The position numbers and the translations under genes were made by a program. Below, one piece after another: positions 30,113 through 38,348 of a DNA stretch of 64,000 nucleotides (positions within the stretch are counted from its first letter, which is position 1; each line of letters begins with the position of its first letter). The stretch lies in the sequence record ON529853.1. One strand, 5' to 3'. The notes beneath the pieces were generated by a model. The model saw only the letters and a program-made list of their open reading frames with translations. It was not told the DNA's origin and did not search any database.

Positions 30113-31948
30113 TTAAGCCGTGGTCGCCAGGATCGACGAGTAGCGGTCGATCTGGATTTCGCAGCCCGTGACGGCGTCGCGCTTGGCGCCGAACTCCATG
30201 TTCTCCATGACGTCCTGGTTGCCGCCGGGCGGGTTCACGGTGTCGGTGGTGAAGTTCGCCGCCGGGACCGTGTATTCGTAGTGGTTGCCCAGAACGTCTT
30301 CGATCGAGAACTCGATCGACACGGTGCGGTGTTCGATGAACTTGTCCCACAGCGAGCCGTCGGCGAAGTAGGCCACCAGGTTGCCGGTGATTTCCATGCG
30401 GCCCGCGCCGATGCCGGCGGGGAACTTGTAGGAAACCGCGTTCTGGTCACGCAGGTTGTTGTTGCCGTTCATCGTGATCGACTGGATCGCGGTGGACAGT
30501 TCTTCACCGTTGATGATGATGGCGCCGACGTTGACGGTCGCGTTGGCGACCGGGGTCGAGGTCGTCTCCAGGACGGTGTAGGGCGCCGCGCCCAGCTTGG
30601 TGGTGCCCTGACGCTTGGTCTGGCGGCCGTTGAAGCCGAACGATCCGGTCAGGATCGAGTTCGAGGCGATGTTGTAGCTGAAGGTGCCGACGCGCAGGCC
30701 GTCGGTGATCCAGTATTGGTCGACGTCTTCGAAGCCGGTCTCGATGGTGAACGACTGCGGCGTGATCTCGTCGGCGTCCGACGGGTTACGCAGCATCGAG
30801 CCCTTGATCGTGACCTTCAGTTCGCCGGCGTTGTCGAAGGTGTCAGGCGACGGCGTGACCGTGATCTTGTCGTCGGTCATGGTGTCGACCTTGAACACGC
30901 CGTGCAGGGTGGCGTTGCCGCCCGCGAAGTCGACGACCGCGATGGCGTTGCCCGAGTCCAGGGTCTCCAGCATCTGACCGCCGGTGCGCAGCAGGTTCTT
31001 GACGGTCACGACGCCCAGGGCGGCCGTGGCCGAGACTTGCAGTTCGCCGCGCACGCGCTTGGCGTTCAGTTCGGCCGCGAACTTGGCGGCCTGTTCGGTG
31101 ACGTCAGCGCCGAGGTCGACGCCTTCAGCCGAAGGCGGAACCGAACCGCCGAACTGGAAGACCAGGGTCTTGTCGCCGTCCGAGACGGTGACGCGCGAAC
31201 CCACGGCGGGAACCGCCGAGAAGGTGATGGTGCCGGTCTCGATGCCCAGGCCGTCGATGAACAGCTTCTGGCCGACGTGCAGTTGGCCCGCCGCAATGGC
31301 GCCGGCGAAGGCGTTGGTGCCGTTCGAATCAAAGGCCGATTCGCCGGCGGTGCCCGCACGAATGTCGGTGTTGTTCAGCACGATGACGTCGTTGGCGTCG
31401 ATCATCGCGGTGTAGGCGGAGCCGTTTTCGGCTTCGCCGGTCGTTTCAGCGACCGTGATCTCGGTGCGGTTGGCGCCGGCGTTCCAGGTGATCGAATCGA
31501 TCTGCCAGTAGGCGTTGTTCGCCGACTTCAGGAAGCCCGAAGTCTTGATGCGGCGGCCCGTGAAGAAGTAGTTGGTGACGTCCACGCCCTTGACGTGCAG
31601 GACCGAGGCCGAGGCCCAGGCCAGGGCGGTGCCCTTGACCGAGTCGAAGGTCATCGGACGCGTCCAGGCGCCGTAGACGAACGCTTCCATCAGGTCGTCA
31701 TGCGAGCCGGCCGAATATTCGATGTTGATTTCACCGGCCGAGCGGGCGCCCGTTTCGATGTAGTCAGCCACCATGCGGTCAGCCCGGATTTCTTCCGAGG
31801 TCGCGGTTTCTTTGTTGGCGTTGATGGTCGAGCCGGTGTAGCGCACTTCACGAGTGCGGCCGGCAGCGGGAGTGGTGCCCCAGGCGTTGTCGTCTTCCTT
31901 CAGCATGCGAAGACGGGCGCGGTTGGAGTCAGCGAAGATTTGGACCAT
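30113..31948 (-). CDS. Major tail tube protein (611 aa)
   Basis: MVQIFADSNRARLR...ATSEEIRADR...SAGEINIEYS tube-type N-terminus; upstream of chaperone and tape measure; start taken at ATG 31948. Confidence 0.85.
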   Translation of the reverse strand: MVQIFADSNRARLRMLKEDDNAWGTTPAAGRTREVRYTGSTINANKETATSEEIRADRMVADYIETGARSAGEINIEYSAGSHDDLMEAFVYGAWTRPMTFDSVKGTALAWASASVLHVKGVDVTNYFFTGRRIKTSGFLKSANNAYWQIDSITWNAGANRTEITVAETTGEAENGSAYTAMIDANDVIVLNNTDIRAGTAGESAFDSNGTNAFAGAIAAGQLHVGQKLFIDGLGIETGTITFSAVPAVGSRVTVSDGDKTLVFQFGGSVPPSAEGVDLGADVTEQAAKFAAELNAKRVRGELQVSATAALGVVTVKNLLRTGGQMLETLDSGNAIAVVDFAGGNATLHGVFKVDTMTDDKITVTPSPDTFDNAGELKVTIKGSMLRNPSDADEITPQSFTIETGFEDVDQYWITDGLRVGTFSYNIASNSILTGSFGFNGRQTKRQGTTKLGAAPYTVLETTSTPVANATVNVGAIIINGEELSTAIQSITMNGNNNLRDQNAVSYKFPAGIGAGRMEITGNLVAYFADGSLWDKFIEHRTVSIEFSIEDVLGNHYEYTVPAANFTTDTVNPPGGNQDVMENMEFGAKRDAVTGCEIQIDRYSSILATTA

Positions 31949-32019
31949 AGGTCGAACGGTTCCACGAGGTTGGAGACAGGCGGGCAGCGACCGCCCCGGT
32001 CTACGCCTCGAATGCACGG

Positions 32020-32053
32020 ACCCTACTCGAAAAGACCCTCAATGTCAAGATTT
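32020..32053 (-). promoter_or_regulatory. Promoter AAATC-TTGACA-N17-TAGGGT upstream of the major tail gene
   Basis: Shared motif, intergenic. Confidence 0.65.
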
Positions 32054-32087
32054 CAGGCATTGACTGCCGCGTTTCGCGGCAGTAGGC

Positions 32088-32567
32088 TTAGTCGCGGAAG
32101 TCGCTCGCCTTCGGATCGCGGTGGTAGAAGTGGAACGTCCCGTCGCAGATGATCTGGAAGTAGCCGTTCTTGGCCCCCGTGAACGGGGTCTTCACGTTCG
32201 ACACCAGCAGCTTCAGATGCCCGTCCGGCGCCACTTCCTTTTCGCGCCGGTTCATCTCGCGTCGGATGGCGTCAGCGACCGTGATTCCGGGGCCGGACCC
32301 GATCGCCTCGGGCACCATGATGTCGAACTGATAGATGCCCACGGTCATTTCGAAACCGCGTCGGCCGCCGAGTTCCGCCTGGCGAGACCCGCCGGTGCGG
32401 AACCAGAAGGAGGCGTAGATCGCCGCCTTCTCGCTGCCCTTCTTCACCGCCGGCTTGGTGAAAGGCTCGTTCATCAACTCCACGCGCGTGCCGTCGAGGC
32501 CGCCTTTGAGGGCGGCCTGGAGGGCGGCTTTATCGAGCACGCGGCGCAGGCTGTTGAAGACGTCCAT
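32088..32567 (-). CDS. Putative tail terminator protein
   Basis: Size and position before the major tail gene; TVGIYQFDIMVPEAIGSG motif. Confidence 0.6.
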   Translation of the reverse strand: MDVFNSLRRVLDKAALQAALKGGLDGTRVELMNEPFTKPAVKKGSEKAAIYASFWFRTGGSRQAELGGRRGFEMTVGIYQFDIMVPEAIGSGPGITVADAIRREMNRREKEVAPDGHLKLLVSNVKTPFTGAKNGYFQIICDGTFHFYHRDPKASDFRD

Positions 32568-32596
32568 GAAGAGTTCCTTGGCTGCAAGTTCCGGGC

Positions 32597-33088
32597 CTAG
32601 AAGACCCCGGCTTGCACCTCCGCGATCGCCAGTCGCACAATGCCCTTCTTCGAGCGGGACAGTTCCGGGGTCGGCAGTTGGCCGTACTCCAGCCCGACGG
32701 CGCTGTCGGAGGTGTTGGTGAGATAGATGTCGACCGGGGTCTTGGCCTTCAACGCCGCCGCCAGCGAGCGCCGGGGGCGCTGTTCGTTGACCTTACGGCG
32801 GGGCTCGTCGCCCAGAGCCATGGAGTTGGTCGGCCCCGGATCAATGCCGGCGCCGCGCGGCGCTTCATGGGCGGTGTCCGGGCGCAGGGTCGACCAGCGC
32901 CAGTTCAGGATCGTGTCGCCTTCCCAGACCGGGGTGTTCGCCAGGATGCGCTCATTCAGCGCCACCAGGATGGCGTCCGCCTTGCGATCGTAGGTGGTCT
33001 CGACGTGGTCGAAGAACTTCTCGAACGTGTGGGCGAAGGGATTGTTGACCTGGACCCCGACCTTGGTCCCGCTACGGGAAAAGGCCAC
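32597..33088 (-). CDS. Putative tail completion/neck protein (HK97 gp10-like position)
   Basis: TPVWEGDTILNWRWS and IYLTNTSDSAVGLEYG motifs; synteny. Confidence 0.6.
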   Translation of the reverse strand: MAFSRSGTKVGVQVNNPFAHTFEKFFDHVETTYDRKADAILVALNERILANTPVWEGDTILNWRWSTLRPDTAHEAPRGAGIDPGPTNSMALGDEPRRKVNEQRPRRSLAAALKAKTPVDIYLTNTSDSAVGLEYGQLPTPELSRSKKGIVRLAIAEVQAGVF

Positions 33089-33463
33089 CTAGCTGGCCCG
33101 GCATTGCAGCTTCGCCAGCAGCGAAGCCGGATCGGTCAAAACCCGAATGATCTGCCACTTCAGGCCTTCGTCATCGGTCAGGATGTCGGTGTCCTTGGGG
33201 AAGACGCCCAGTTCGTCCATGGGGAAGAGGACCTTGGTGTCGGTCACCACGATCAGAGGGTCGGCCTCTTTCTCCTTCGACGAGAAGGAGGTGAAGACGA
33301 CCAGGTTCAGGGTCTTGTCGGCATAGCCCTGGGTCACCTCTCCGGTGTCCAGGTCGCGCGTGGGCGCGGCGCCGGCGATGTGATAGGTCGCCTTGCGCGG
33401 GACGTCGTCCAGCGCCAGGAAAGCTTGCCGCACGGCGCGGCGAAGGGTCGCCTTCAACGCCAT
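33089..33463 (-). CDS. Putative head-closure protein
   Basis: 124 aa, synteny within the head-tail joining cluster. Confidence 0.55.
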   Translation of the reverse strand: MALKATLRRAVRQAFLALDDVPRKATYHIAGAAPTRDLDTGEVTQGYADKTLNLVVFTSFSSKEKEADPLIVVTDTKVLFPMDELGVFPKDTDILTDDEGLKWQIIRVLTDPASLLAKLQCRAS

Positions 33464-33468
33464 GGCGG

Positions 33469-33999
33469 TTAGGTCCGGACGATGCGCTTGAAGCCGGGAC
33501 GACGGCCGGTCTTGGCGCCGCCCAGGTCCTCCAGCATCGCCAGCAGGAACTCCGGCATGACGCCCTCGCGTTCACCGCTGTCCTTGAACTTGACCTGGAT
33601 GACGTCGACCTTGATCTCGCTGAACTCGCCCGAACCGCCGTCGGCGTTGGCGCGGGTCCAGTCGGACGTCATCAGATAGGCGGCGAACTCCGCCGTCGCC
33701 TCTTTCAGAAGGCGGGGGATCACGTTGTCCGGGATCATCACGCCGTCCAGGGTGACGCCGGCGCGCGGCCAGGCCAGACCGGAGTCCGGCTCGACGCGCG
33801 TGCCGTGCCATTTGAAACGGATGTCCAGCACCTTGGAGGCGCGGACGAGGAGGCGCTGCTTGTCCTCCTCCTCCTGATCGAGCCAATCGGCCGAGATGTG
33901 ACCGTTCGCCTCGATATAGTCGTCGGCGAATTCAACCGTGCAGTAGGAGTTGGCCTGGGGGTCGCCGAGACCGTCCTCGACCACAAAGTTGAATGCCAT
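33469..33999 (-). CDS. DnaT-like head-tail adaptor protein
   Basis: VEDGLGDPQANSYCTVEFADDY...LAWPR...IP..LKEATAEFA motif typical of this adaptor family. Confidence 0.75.
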   Translation of the reverse strand: MAFNFVVEDGLGDPQANSYCTVEFADDYIEANGHISADWLDQEEEDKQRLLVRASKVLDIRFKWHGTRVEPDSGLAWPRAGVTLDGVMIPDNVIPRLLKEATAEFAAYLMTSDWTRANADGGSGEFSEIKVDVIQVKFKDSGEREGVMPEFLLAMLEDLGGAKTGRRPGFKRIVRT

Positions 34000-34050
34000 T
34001 CTGGGAAAGTGCTCCGAACAGAGTCACGCTTCGTAGGGAAACGTGACTCC

Positions 34051-34875
34051 TTAACGCGGCGCAGAGTGCACGAAATCGGGCAAACTGTCAAGGTTTCCGT
34101 GGCCCGCCTGGGCCGCCTGAGCGGCCTTGCGCACGCGGTTGCGATGCGAGATGGCCTTGACCCACTTCTTCGCCATCTCCGAGCGGACGACGTCGTCCTC
34201 GGTGAACTCGACGATGTCCATGATCTCCCAGTCGTCGGAGATGTTGACGATCTCTTCCAGGCCGGAGTTGTGGATGTCGATCTGCGAGTGGTCGCCGGCG
34301 ACAACGACCTGGGTGCCGTTGCCCGTGCGGGTCAGCAGCAGGTAGAGGTCGTCGAACTCGGCGTTCTGGGCTTCGTCCAGGATGACGCAGGCGTTGTCGA
34401 AGGTGCGGCCGCGCATGTATTCGAACGGCACGATCTCGAACTTGCCCTCCGACTTCCACATCTCCAGTTGGGTCTTGGAGACCTCGGCGCGGATGCCTTC
34501 GATGACCGGCGTCAGCCAGGGGGCCATCTTGGCTTCGATGTTGCCGGGCAGGAACCCGATCTGGTGACCCTTCTTGGAGGCGGTCACCCGGCTGATGATG
34601 ATCTTCTCGATGTCGCCTTTGAGCATGCGCTGGGCGGCGATCCGGGCGGCCAGGTAGGTCTTGCCGGTGCCCGCCGGCCCGATGGCGAAGACCGAATCGC
34701 CCTCCTTCAGCACTTCCAGGTAGTCCGCCTGGTTCTCGGTCTTGGCGACCAACGGCTTGGCCGTGTGCTTGGTCTGCTTGGCGGAGCGTTCGGCGCGGCG
34801 GGCCGCGCGTGCTTGAGCCTTGGTGAGGGGCCGTTCGTGCATCGGTTCGAACGGGGAGTAGGCGGGTTCAGTCAA
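34051..34875 (-). CDS. phoH: PhoH family ATPase
   Basis: GPAGTGKT, IGFLPG, YMRGRTF, ILDEAQN, LTRTG, GDHSQID, DVVRS motifs. Confidence 0.95.
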   Translation of the reverse strand: MTEPAYSPFEPMHERPLTKAQARAARRAERSAKQTKHTAKPLVAKTENQADYLEVLKEGDSVFAIGPAGTGKTYLAARIAAQRMLKGDIEKIIISRVTASKKGHQIGFLPGNIEAKMAPWLTPVIEGIRAEVSKTQLEMWKSEGKFEIVPFEYMRGRTFDNACVILDEAQNAEFDDLYLLLTRTGNGTQVVVAGDHSQIDIHNSGLEEIVNISDDWEIMDIVEFTEDDVVRSEMAKKWVKAISHRNRVRKAAQAAQAGHGNLDSLPDFVHSAPR

Positions 34876-34902
34876 GCAACTGTCCTGGGCTATGGCTGGT
34901 GA

Positions 34903-35154
34903 TCAGCCGGGTGTGGCCTCCAGACGGATCGCGCTGGCGGCCTGACAGTGGAGGAGGTTGGAGCGGAAATGCTCCACCAGGTCTCCGAGGATCGCCATGC
35001 TTTCAGGAGTGAGGTCCTCCAGGAGCATGTCGTTCATCGCGGCGGCGCCGCGAATCATGTCCATGTGTCGAGACGCGATGTCCACGCTGGGCGACTCCAC
35101 CGTCTGAACGAATGCCGCCACGGGCGGGAACGAAGGAGCGAGTGCGGCGTTCAT
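34903..35154 (-). CDS. Hypothetical protein (83 aa)
   Basis: SD GAGG before ATG; fills the gap in the operon. Confidence 0.55.
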   Translation of the reverse strand: MNAALAPSFPPVAAFVQTVESPSVDIASRHMDMIRGAAAMNDMLLEDLTPESMAILGDLVEHFRSNLLHCQAASAIRLEATPG

Positions 35155-35256
35155 CGGGGTTCCCTCAGAGGAAGTGCTTAACTGAGAGGAACCTAACCCG
35201 ACCTTAGGGGAAGGCGCAAGGACGGTCTGGGAACATTCCCCTACCGCGTGAGTGGT

Positions 35257-35697
35257 TTAGCCTGCTCCCGTAACCATGGTTACAATGGCGCCGACGACCG
35301 CCGCCAGCAGGGCCGAGCCCCCGGCGGTCAGCGGACCGATGATGATTTCCATTCGCGTCAGGCGCTTTTCCAACGCCAGCTTGTCGGCGGTGAACTCGCG
35401 CTCAAGCCGATCCAGTTCATCGGCCGCCTCTTTTTCGACGCGGGCGGTTTCCTGGGCGGCGGCCTTGAGGTCGCGTTCCAGGCTGGCGATCTTCTGCGGC
35501 TGATCCTGGGCTTCGATGCGCGTCAGGCGGTCGCGCACATCCTTCATGTCTTCCCGGAAGCCGTCGAAACGGGTGTCGACCTTGTCGACAAGCCGATCCA
35601 TCTTGTCGTTCAGCGTCGTGAAGAGACGATCAACGGCGTCGCGGAAGCGATCCTCGGGGGTCATGCCCACCGCCGGAATGGGACTGTTACCGGCCAT
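35257..35697 (-). CDS. Coiled-coil protein with a C-terminal hydrophobic helix
   Basis: Heptad-rich body; C-terminus IIIGPLTAGGSALLAAVVGAIVTMVTG. Confidence 0.7.
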   Translation of the reverse strand: MAGNSPIPAVGMTPEDRFRDAVDRLFTTLNDKMDRLVDKVDTRFDGFREDMKDVRDRLTRIEAQDQPQKIASLERDLKAAAQETARVEKEAADELDRLEREFTADKLALEKRLTRMEIIIGPLTAGGSALLAAVVGAIVTMVTGAG

Positions 35698-36187
35698 CGA
35701 CAGAGACCTCCTCGATCTGAGCGATGCCGCACACTGCGACCACGTCTCCGTTCACCATGATGGGCCACTTCCAGCCCGCGAAGCGCAGCAGGGCGCCGCT
35801 GGTCGCGTGGGGCACCACGCCGTCCACCAGGATCGTGCGGCGCTCAATGACGCACTGAAGGTCTTCATCTTCAAATTCACTGGCGTCGCCGTGGTCCCAG
35901 ATGGCGTGGTCAGGCTGCGCCAGGTAGTCGAGCGCGGTCACGCCGGTCATGGCGGTGTAGGGGCGATTGACGTGCACCATGACGAACGATCCGTCCGCTT
36001 GCAGCGCCTTGATCCAGGCCGGCAGGGGCATGTGCTCGAAGAAGCCCGTCATCAGCAGACAGGGGTCCTCCGACCGGCACTCTTCGGCGGCGTCGCGCAA
36101 AATGTTAAGCAGGGCTTCCACGTCTTGACGCGGTTTCTGCGGGATACCCGTCGGGTGGGCCGAAGGGCTGTTGTCGTTGTTCGACAC
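35687..36187 (-). CDS. Stand-alone PAS-domain protein (166 aa)
   Basis: FFEHMPLPAWIK...FVMVHVNRPYTAMTG...DHAIW...EFEDEDLQCVIE...WKWPI...VVAVCGIA follows the PAS_4 pattern. Confidence 0.75.
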   Translation of the reverse strand: MSNNDNSPSAHPTGIPQKPRQDVEALLNILRDAAEECRSEDPCLLMTGFFEHMPLPAWIKALQADGSFVMVHVNRPYTAMTGVTALDYLAQPDHAIWDHGDASEFEDEDLQCVIERRTILVDGVVPHATSGALLRFAGWKWPIMVNGDVVAVCGIAQIEEVSVDGR

Positions 36188-36228
36188 GGCCTTCGTCCCC
36201 GACGGTTAGCACGTTGATAATGACGCGG

Positions 36229-36262
36229 AGGCTACGCGGAAACCCCTTGAAAGTCAAGATTT
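36229..36262 (-). promoter_or_regulatory. Promoter AAATC-TTGACT-N17-TAGCCT upstream of the PAS gene
   Basis: Shared motif, intergenic. Confidence 0.6.
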
Positions 36263-36316
36263 TTGGCAACGATTGCCAGCCAATAAATTCCTTGACGAAG
36301 CACAGCGCCGGAATCA

Positions 36317-36411
36317 CAACACCCCGCACCGGACGGGGGCCAGTGCGGGGTGTTGCTTGACGACGGAGGACAGGGTCAGCCGGACTAGGCCCCGTGGCTG
36401 ACGACGTGCCT
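36317..36411 (-). ncRNA. Candidate ~95-nt small RNA
   Basis: TTGACA-N17-TACAGA promoter (36446-36418); GTCAGCC/GGCTGAC hairpin; 16-bp terminal hairpin 36317-36355; no ORF. Confidence 0.4.
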
Positions 36412-36463
36412 GATGCTTCTGTACGTGGAGGTGCGCCGCGTGTCAACCCTCTCGGTCAGATAA

Positions 36464-36544
36464 TGGCGGGGGCGGAGGGAATCGAACCCCCTGGTTGACG
36501 CCTTCGGAGGGCGTTGCCTACATTCCGGTCGGCACTTCGCCCCC
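36464..36544 (-). tRNA. tRNA-Arg(CCG)
   Basis: GGGGGCG/CGCCCCC-G-CCA; anticodon loop CTCCGAA; enlarged D-loop. Confidence 0.85.
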
Positions 36545-36582
36545 GAGGCGGTGGGCCGGGCGGACCCGGCGTTAAGTAAGAG

Positions 36583-36664
36583 TGGCGCCCAAGGCAGGAT
36601 TTGAACCTGCGTTTGCAACTCCGCTACGGATAAGGCCTTCGTAGGACCCCTCGGTTACTTGGGC
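36583..36664 (-). tRNA. Atypical tRNA-Arg(ACG): D-arm absent, long variable region
   Basis: GCCCAAG/CTTGGGC-G-CCA; only 8 nt between acceptor and anticodon stem; loop CTACGAA; T-arm GCAGG-TTCAAAT-CCTGC. Confidence 0.65.
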
Positions 36665-36667
36665 ATT

Positions 36668-36751
36668 TGGCTCCTATGAGAGGACTCGAACCTCTAAGTC
36701 TTGCGACGGTCGATTAACAGTCGACTGCGTTTACCATTCCGCCACATAGGA
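36668..36751 (-). tRNA. tRNA-Asn(GTT) with long variable arm
   Basis: TCCTATG/CATAGGA-G-CCA; loop CTGTTAA. Confidence 0.9.
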
Positions 36752-36776
36752 ACAAACTGAATACTGATGTTTTACC

Positions 36777-36850
36777 TGGTTCTGGCTCTAGGAATCGAAC
36801 CTAAATCTCGGAGACCAAAACTCCGCGTGATACCGTTACACTAAGCCAGA
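36777..36850 (-). tRNA. tRNA-Gln(TTG)
   Basis: TCTGGCT/AGCCAGA-A-CCA; loop TTTTGGT. Confidence 0.9.
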
Positions 36851-36861
36851 TCAGGAAAACT

Positions 36862-36939
36862 TGGTAGGAGGTACTGGATTCGAACCAGTGAAATGTCGGT
36901 ATGTAACACCGATGCCTTGGGCCGCTTGGCGAACCTCCC
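36862..36939 (-). tRNA. tRNA-Val(TAC)
   Basis: GGGAGGT/ACCTCCT-A-CCA; loop GTTACAT. Confidence 0.85.
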
Positions 36940-36984
36940 ATGAAAGAGTAGCGTATCTCCACTACTCAGTGACAAAAGTAAAGT

Positions 36985-37061
36985 TGGTCCTAGCACCAGG
37001 ATTTGAACCTGGGACCGAGCGGTTATCGACCGCGCGCTCTACCAAACTGAGCTATGCTAGG
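36985..37061 (-). tRNA. tRNA-Ile(GAT)
   Basis: CCTAGCA/TGCTAGG-A-CCA; loop TCGATAA (C33). Confidence 0.85.
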
Positions 37062-37065
37062 GCTG

Positions 37066-37140
37066 TGGTAGCGGATACAGGAATCGCACCTGTGCTTGTC
37101 GGCGTGTCATACCGATGCCTTTCTACTTGGCTAATCCGCC
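37066..37140 (-). tRNA. tRNA-Val(GAC)
   Basis: GGCGGAT/ATCCGCT-A-CCA; loop ATGACAC; T-loop TGCGATT. Confidence 0.85.
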
Positions 37141-37153
37141 ACACAGGAAAAGG

Positions 37154-37228
37154 TGGCCCACCCAGGAGCGCTCGCATCTCCGTCTCGGGGATTTCACTCC
37201 CGTGCTAATCTGTCTCAGCTATGAGTGG
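37154..37228 (-). tRNA. Atypical tRNA-Phe(GAA)
   Basis: CCACTCA/TGGGTGG-G-CCA; loop GTGAAAT; aberrant T-arm. Confidence 0.65.
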
Positions 37229-37229
37229 A

Positions 37230-37313
37230 TGGTGGGAAGGGAGAGAATTCGCACTCTCACAGCTTGCGCGGGGGATTTACAGTCCCTTGGGCTCACTCGT
37301 GCCCAGCCTGCCC
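37230..37313 (-). tRNA. tRNA-Tyr(GTA)
   Basis: GGGCAGG/CCTTCCC-A-CCA; loop CTGTAAA; long variable arm. Confidence 0.85.
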
Positions 37314-37379
37314 AAAATGTTACGGCTCAGTCGCCGCCGGTCATGGTGATCTCCTGGATCAGATGAAGGTGTTGAAACG

Positions 37380-37414
37380 GAAAAGGCCCGCCTGGTGGAA
37401 ACCAGGCGGGCCTT
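37380..37414 (-). terminator. Intrinsic terminator (attenuator A) ahead of the 9-tRNA operon
   Basis: GGCCCGCCTGGT-TTCC-ACCAGGCGGGCC followed by TTTTCCGTTT. Confidence 0.85.
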
Positions 37415-37445
37415 CGAAACTTGGGTGTTCTAAGTGGGTATCAGA

Positions 37446-37541
37446 TTAAATCTGCGTCCCACCATCGCCCATGCACGAATGGCCCGCCCGGTTAAACCGG
37501 ACGACCTGAATCTGCTGCACGTTGTTGCGATAGGTGAACAT
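37446..37541 (-). CDS. Leader peptide A (31 aa, leaderless): MFTYRNNVQQIQVVRFNRAGHSCMGDGGTQI
   Basis: ATG lies 7 nt after the -10 box; 16 of codons 2-18 are read by the nine downstream tRNAs. Confidence 0.8.
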   Translation of the reverse strand: MFTYRNNVQQIQVVRFNRAGHSCMGDGGTQI

Positions 37542-37548
37542 GAGGAGA

Positions 37549-37577
37549 CATTTACTACAGGTGGCGGGCAGTGTCAA
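37549..37577 (-). promoter_or_regulatory. Promoter A: TTGACA-N17-TAAATG
   Basis: Perfect -35 and 17-nt spacer; predicted start falls at the leader ATG. Confidence 0.7.
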
Positions 37578-37788
37578 CATTATTGTCGACGATGGACCCA
37601 AGTTTTTTCGATCTCGCGATCCCAGACGCCCCAATTGCCGTCCGTCGGATAGTCGCGGTAGCGCCAGCCGCCGCAGTAACGGCACATGGCTTCGGTCTGG
37701 TCAGCCTCAGCGGGATGCGGCTCGCAGTCCCCCGAGACGTCGCACAAAGGCCACCCGTCCGGCCCCAGGGTGGGGTCGTCCGGGTCCG

Positions 37789-38085
37789 TCACAGCGTGTA
37801 GTCGACAGCGGGGTCGGGAAGCCAGACCTCTTCCAGCAGACGTTCCTGCCACTGGGCCTCGTGGTCCCAGGACAGGATCACGCCGGACCGCGTTTCGCTG
37901 CCGTCGGTCAGCGTCGCGCAGCCGTAGACGTCAAAGGGAGGCGCGCCATCATAGGAATGATGGCGCAAGGTATAGTGATGGGGACCGTTGCCGCCGCACC
38001 AGCGCACCAGAACTTTCGCTCCGTCGGGGAGAGCGCGGATTTCGGCCGGGGTCAGCCTGGGGGTATCGGGGACGGCGTGGGTCAT
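37789..38085 (-). CDS. Hypothetical protein (98 aa)
   Basis: TGATG overlap with the upstream gene. Confidence 0.7.
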   Translation of the reverse strand: MTHAVPDTPRLTPAEIRALPDGAKVLVRWCGGNGPHHYTLRHHSYDGAPPFDVYGCATLTDGSETRSGVILSWDHEAQWQERLLEEVWLPDPAVDYTL

Positions 38086-38348
38086 CAGGCGGGGTTCGGC
38101 GGCGTATACGGCATGGGGCGCAGACGGGGCTCGGTGCGCGGATGACTGATTCCGGTCGGCATGATGTTCAGTTGCAACCCGGCGCCCCGGCGCAGCAGCA
38201 TCATGAAGTCATGGGCACGCACAGCCTCGGCCGGCGAGGCGAATGCCAGTTCGATCAGCACGCGATTGCTGTCGGTGCTGCACGCGGTCGCGATCTCGTC
38301 AGGCTCCAGGTCCAGAGCCTGCGTGGGACTGATGTTGAGCCGGCTCAT
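38085..38348 (-). CDS. Hypothetical protein (87 aa)
   Basis: MSRLNISPTQ; ATG overlaps the def stop (ATGA). Confidence 0.65.
   Translation of the reverse strand: MSRLNISPTQALDLEPDEIATACSTDSNRVLIELAFASPAEAVRAHDFMMLLRRGAGLQLNIMPTGISHPRTEPRLRPMPYTPPNPA

Noticed and set aside
37446-37685. 79-aa ORF as annotated by the track
   Set aside because: Its 5' part spans the promoter; the ATG at 37541 fits a leaderless start.
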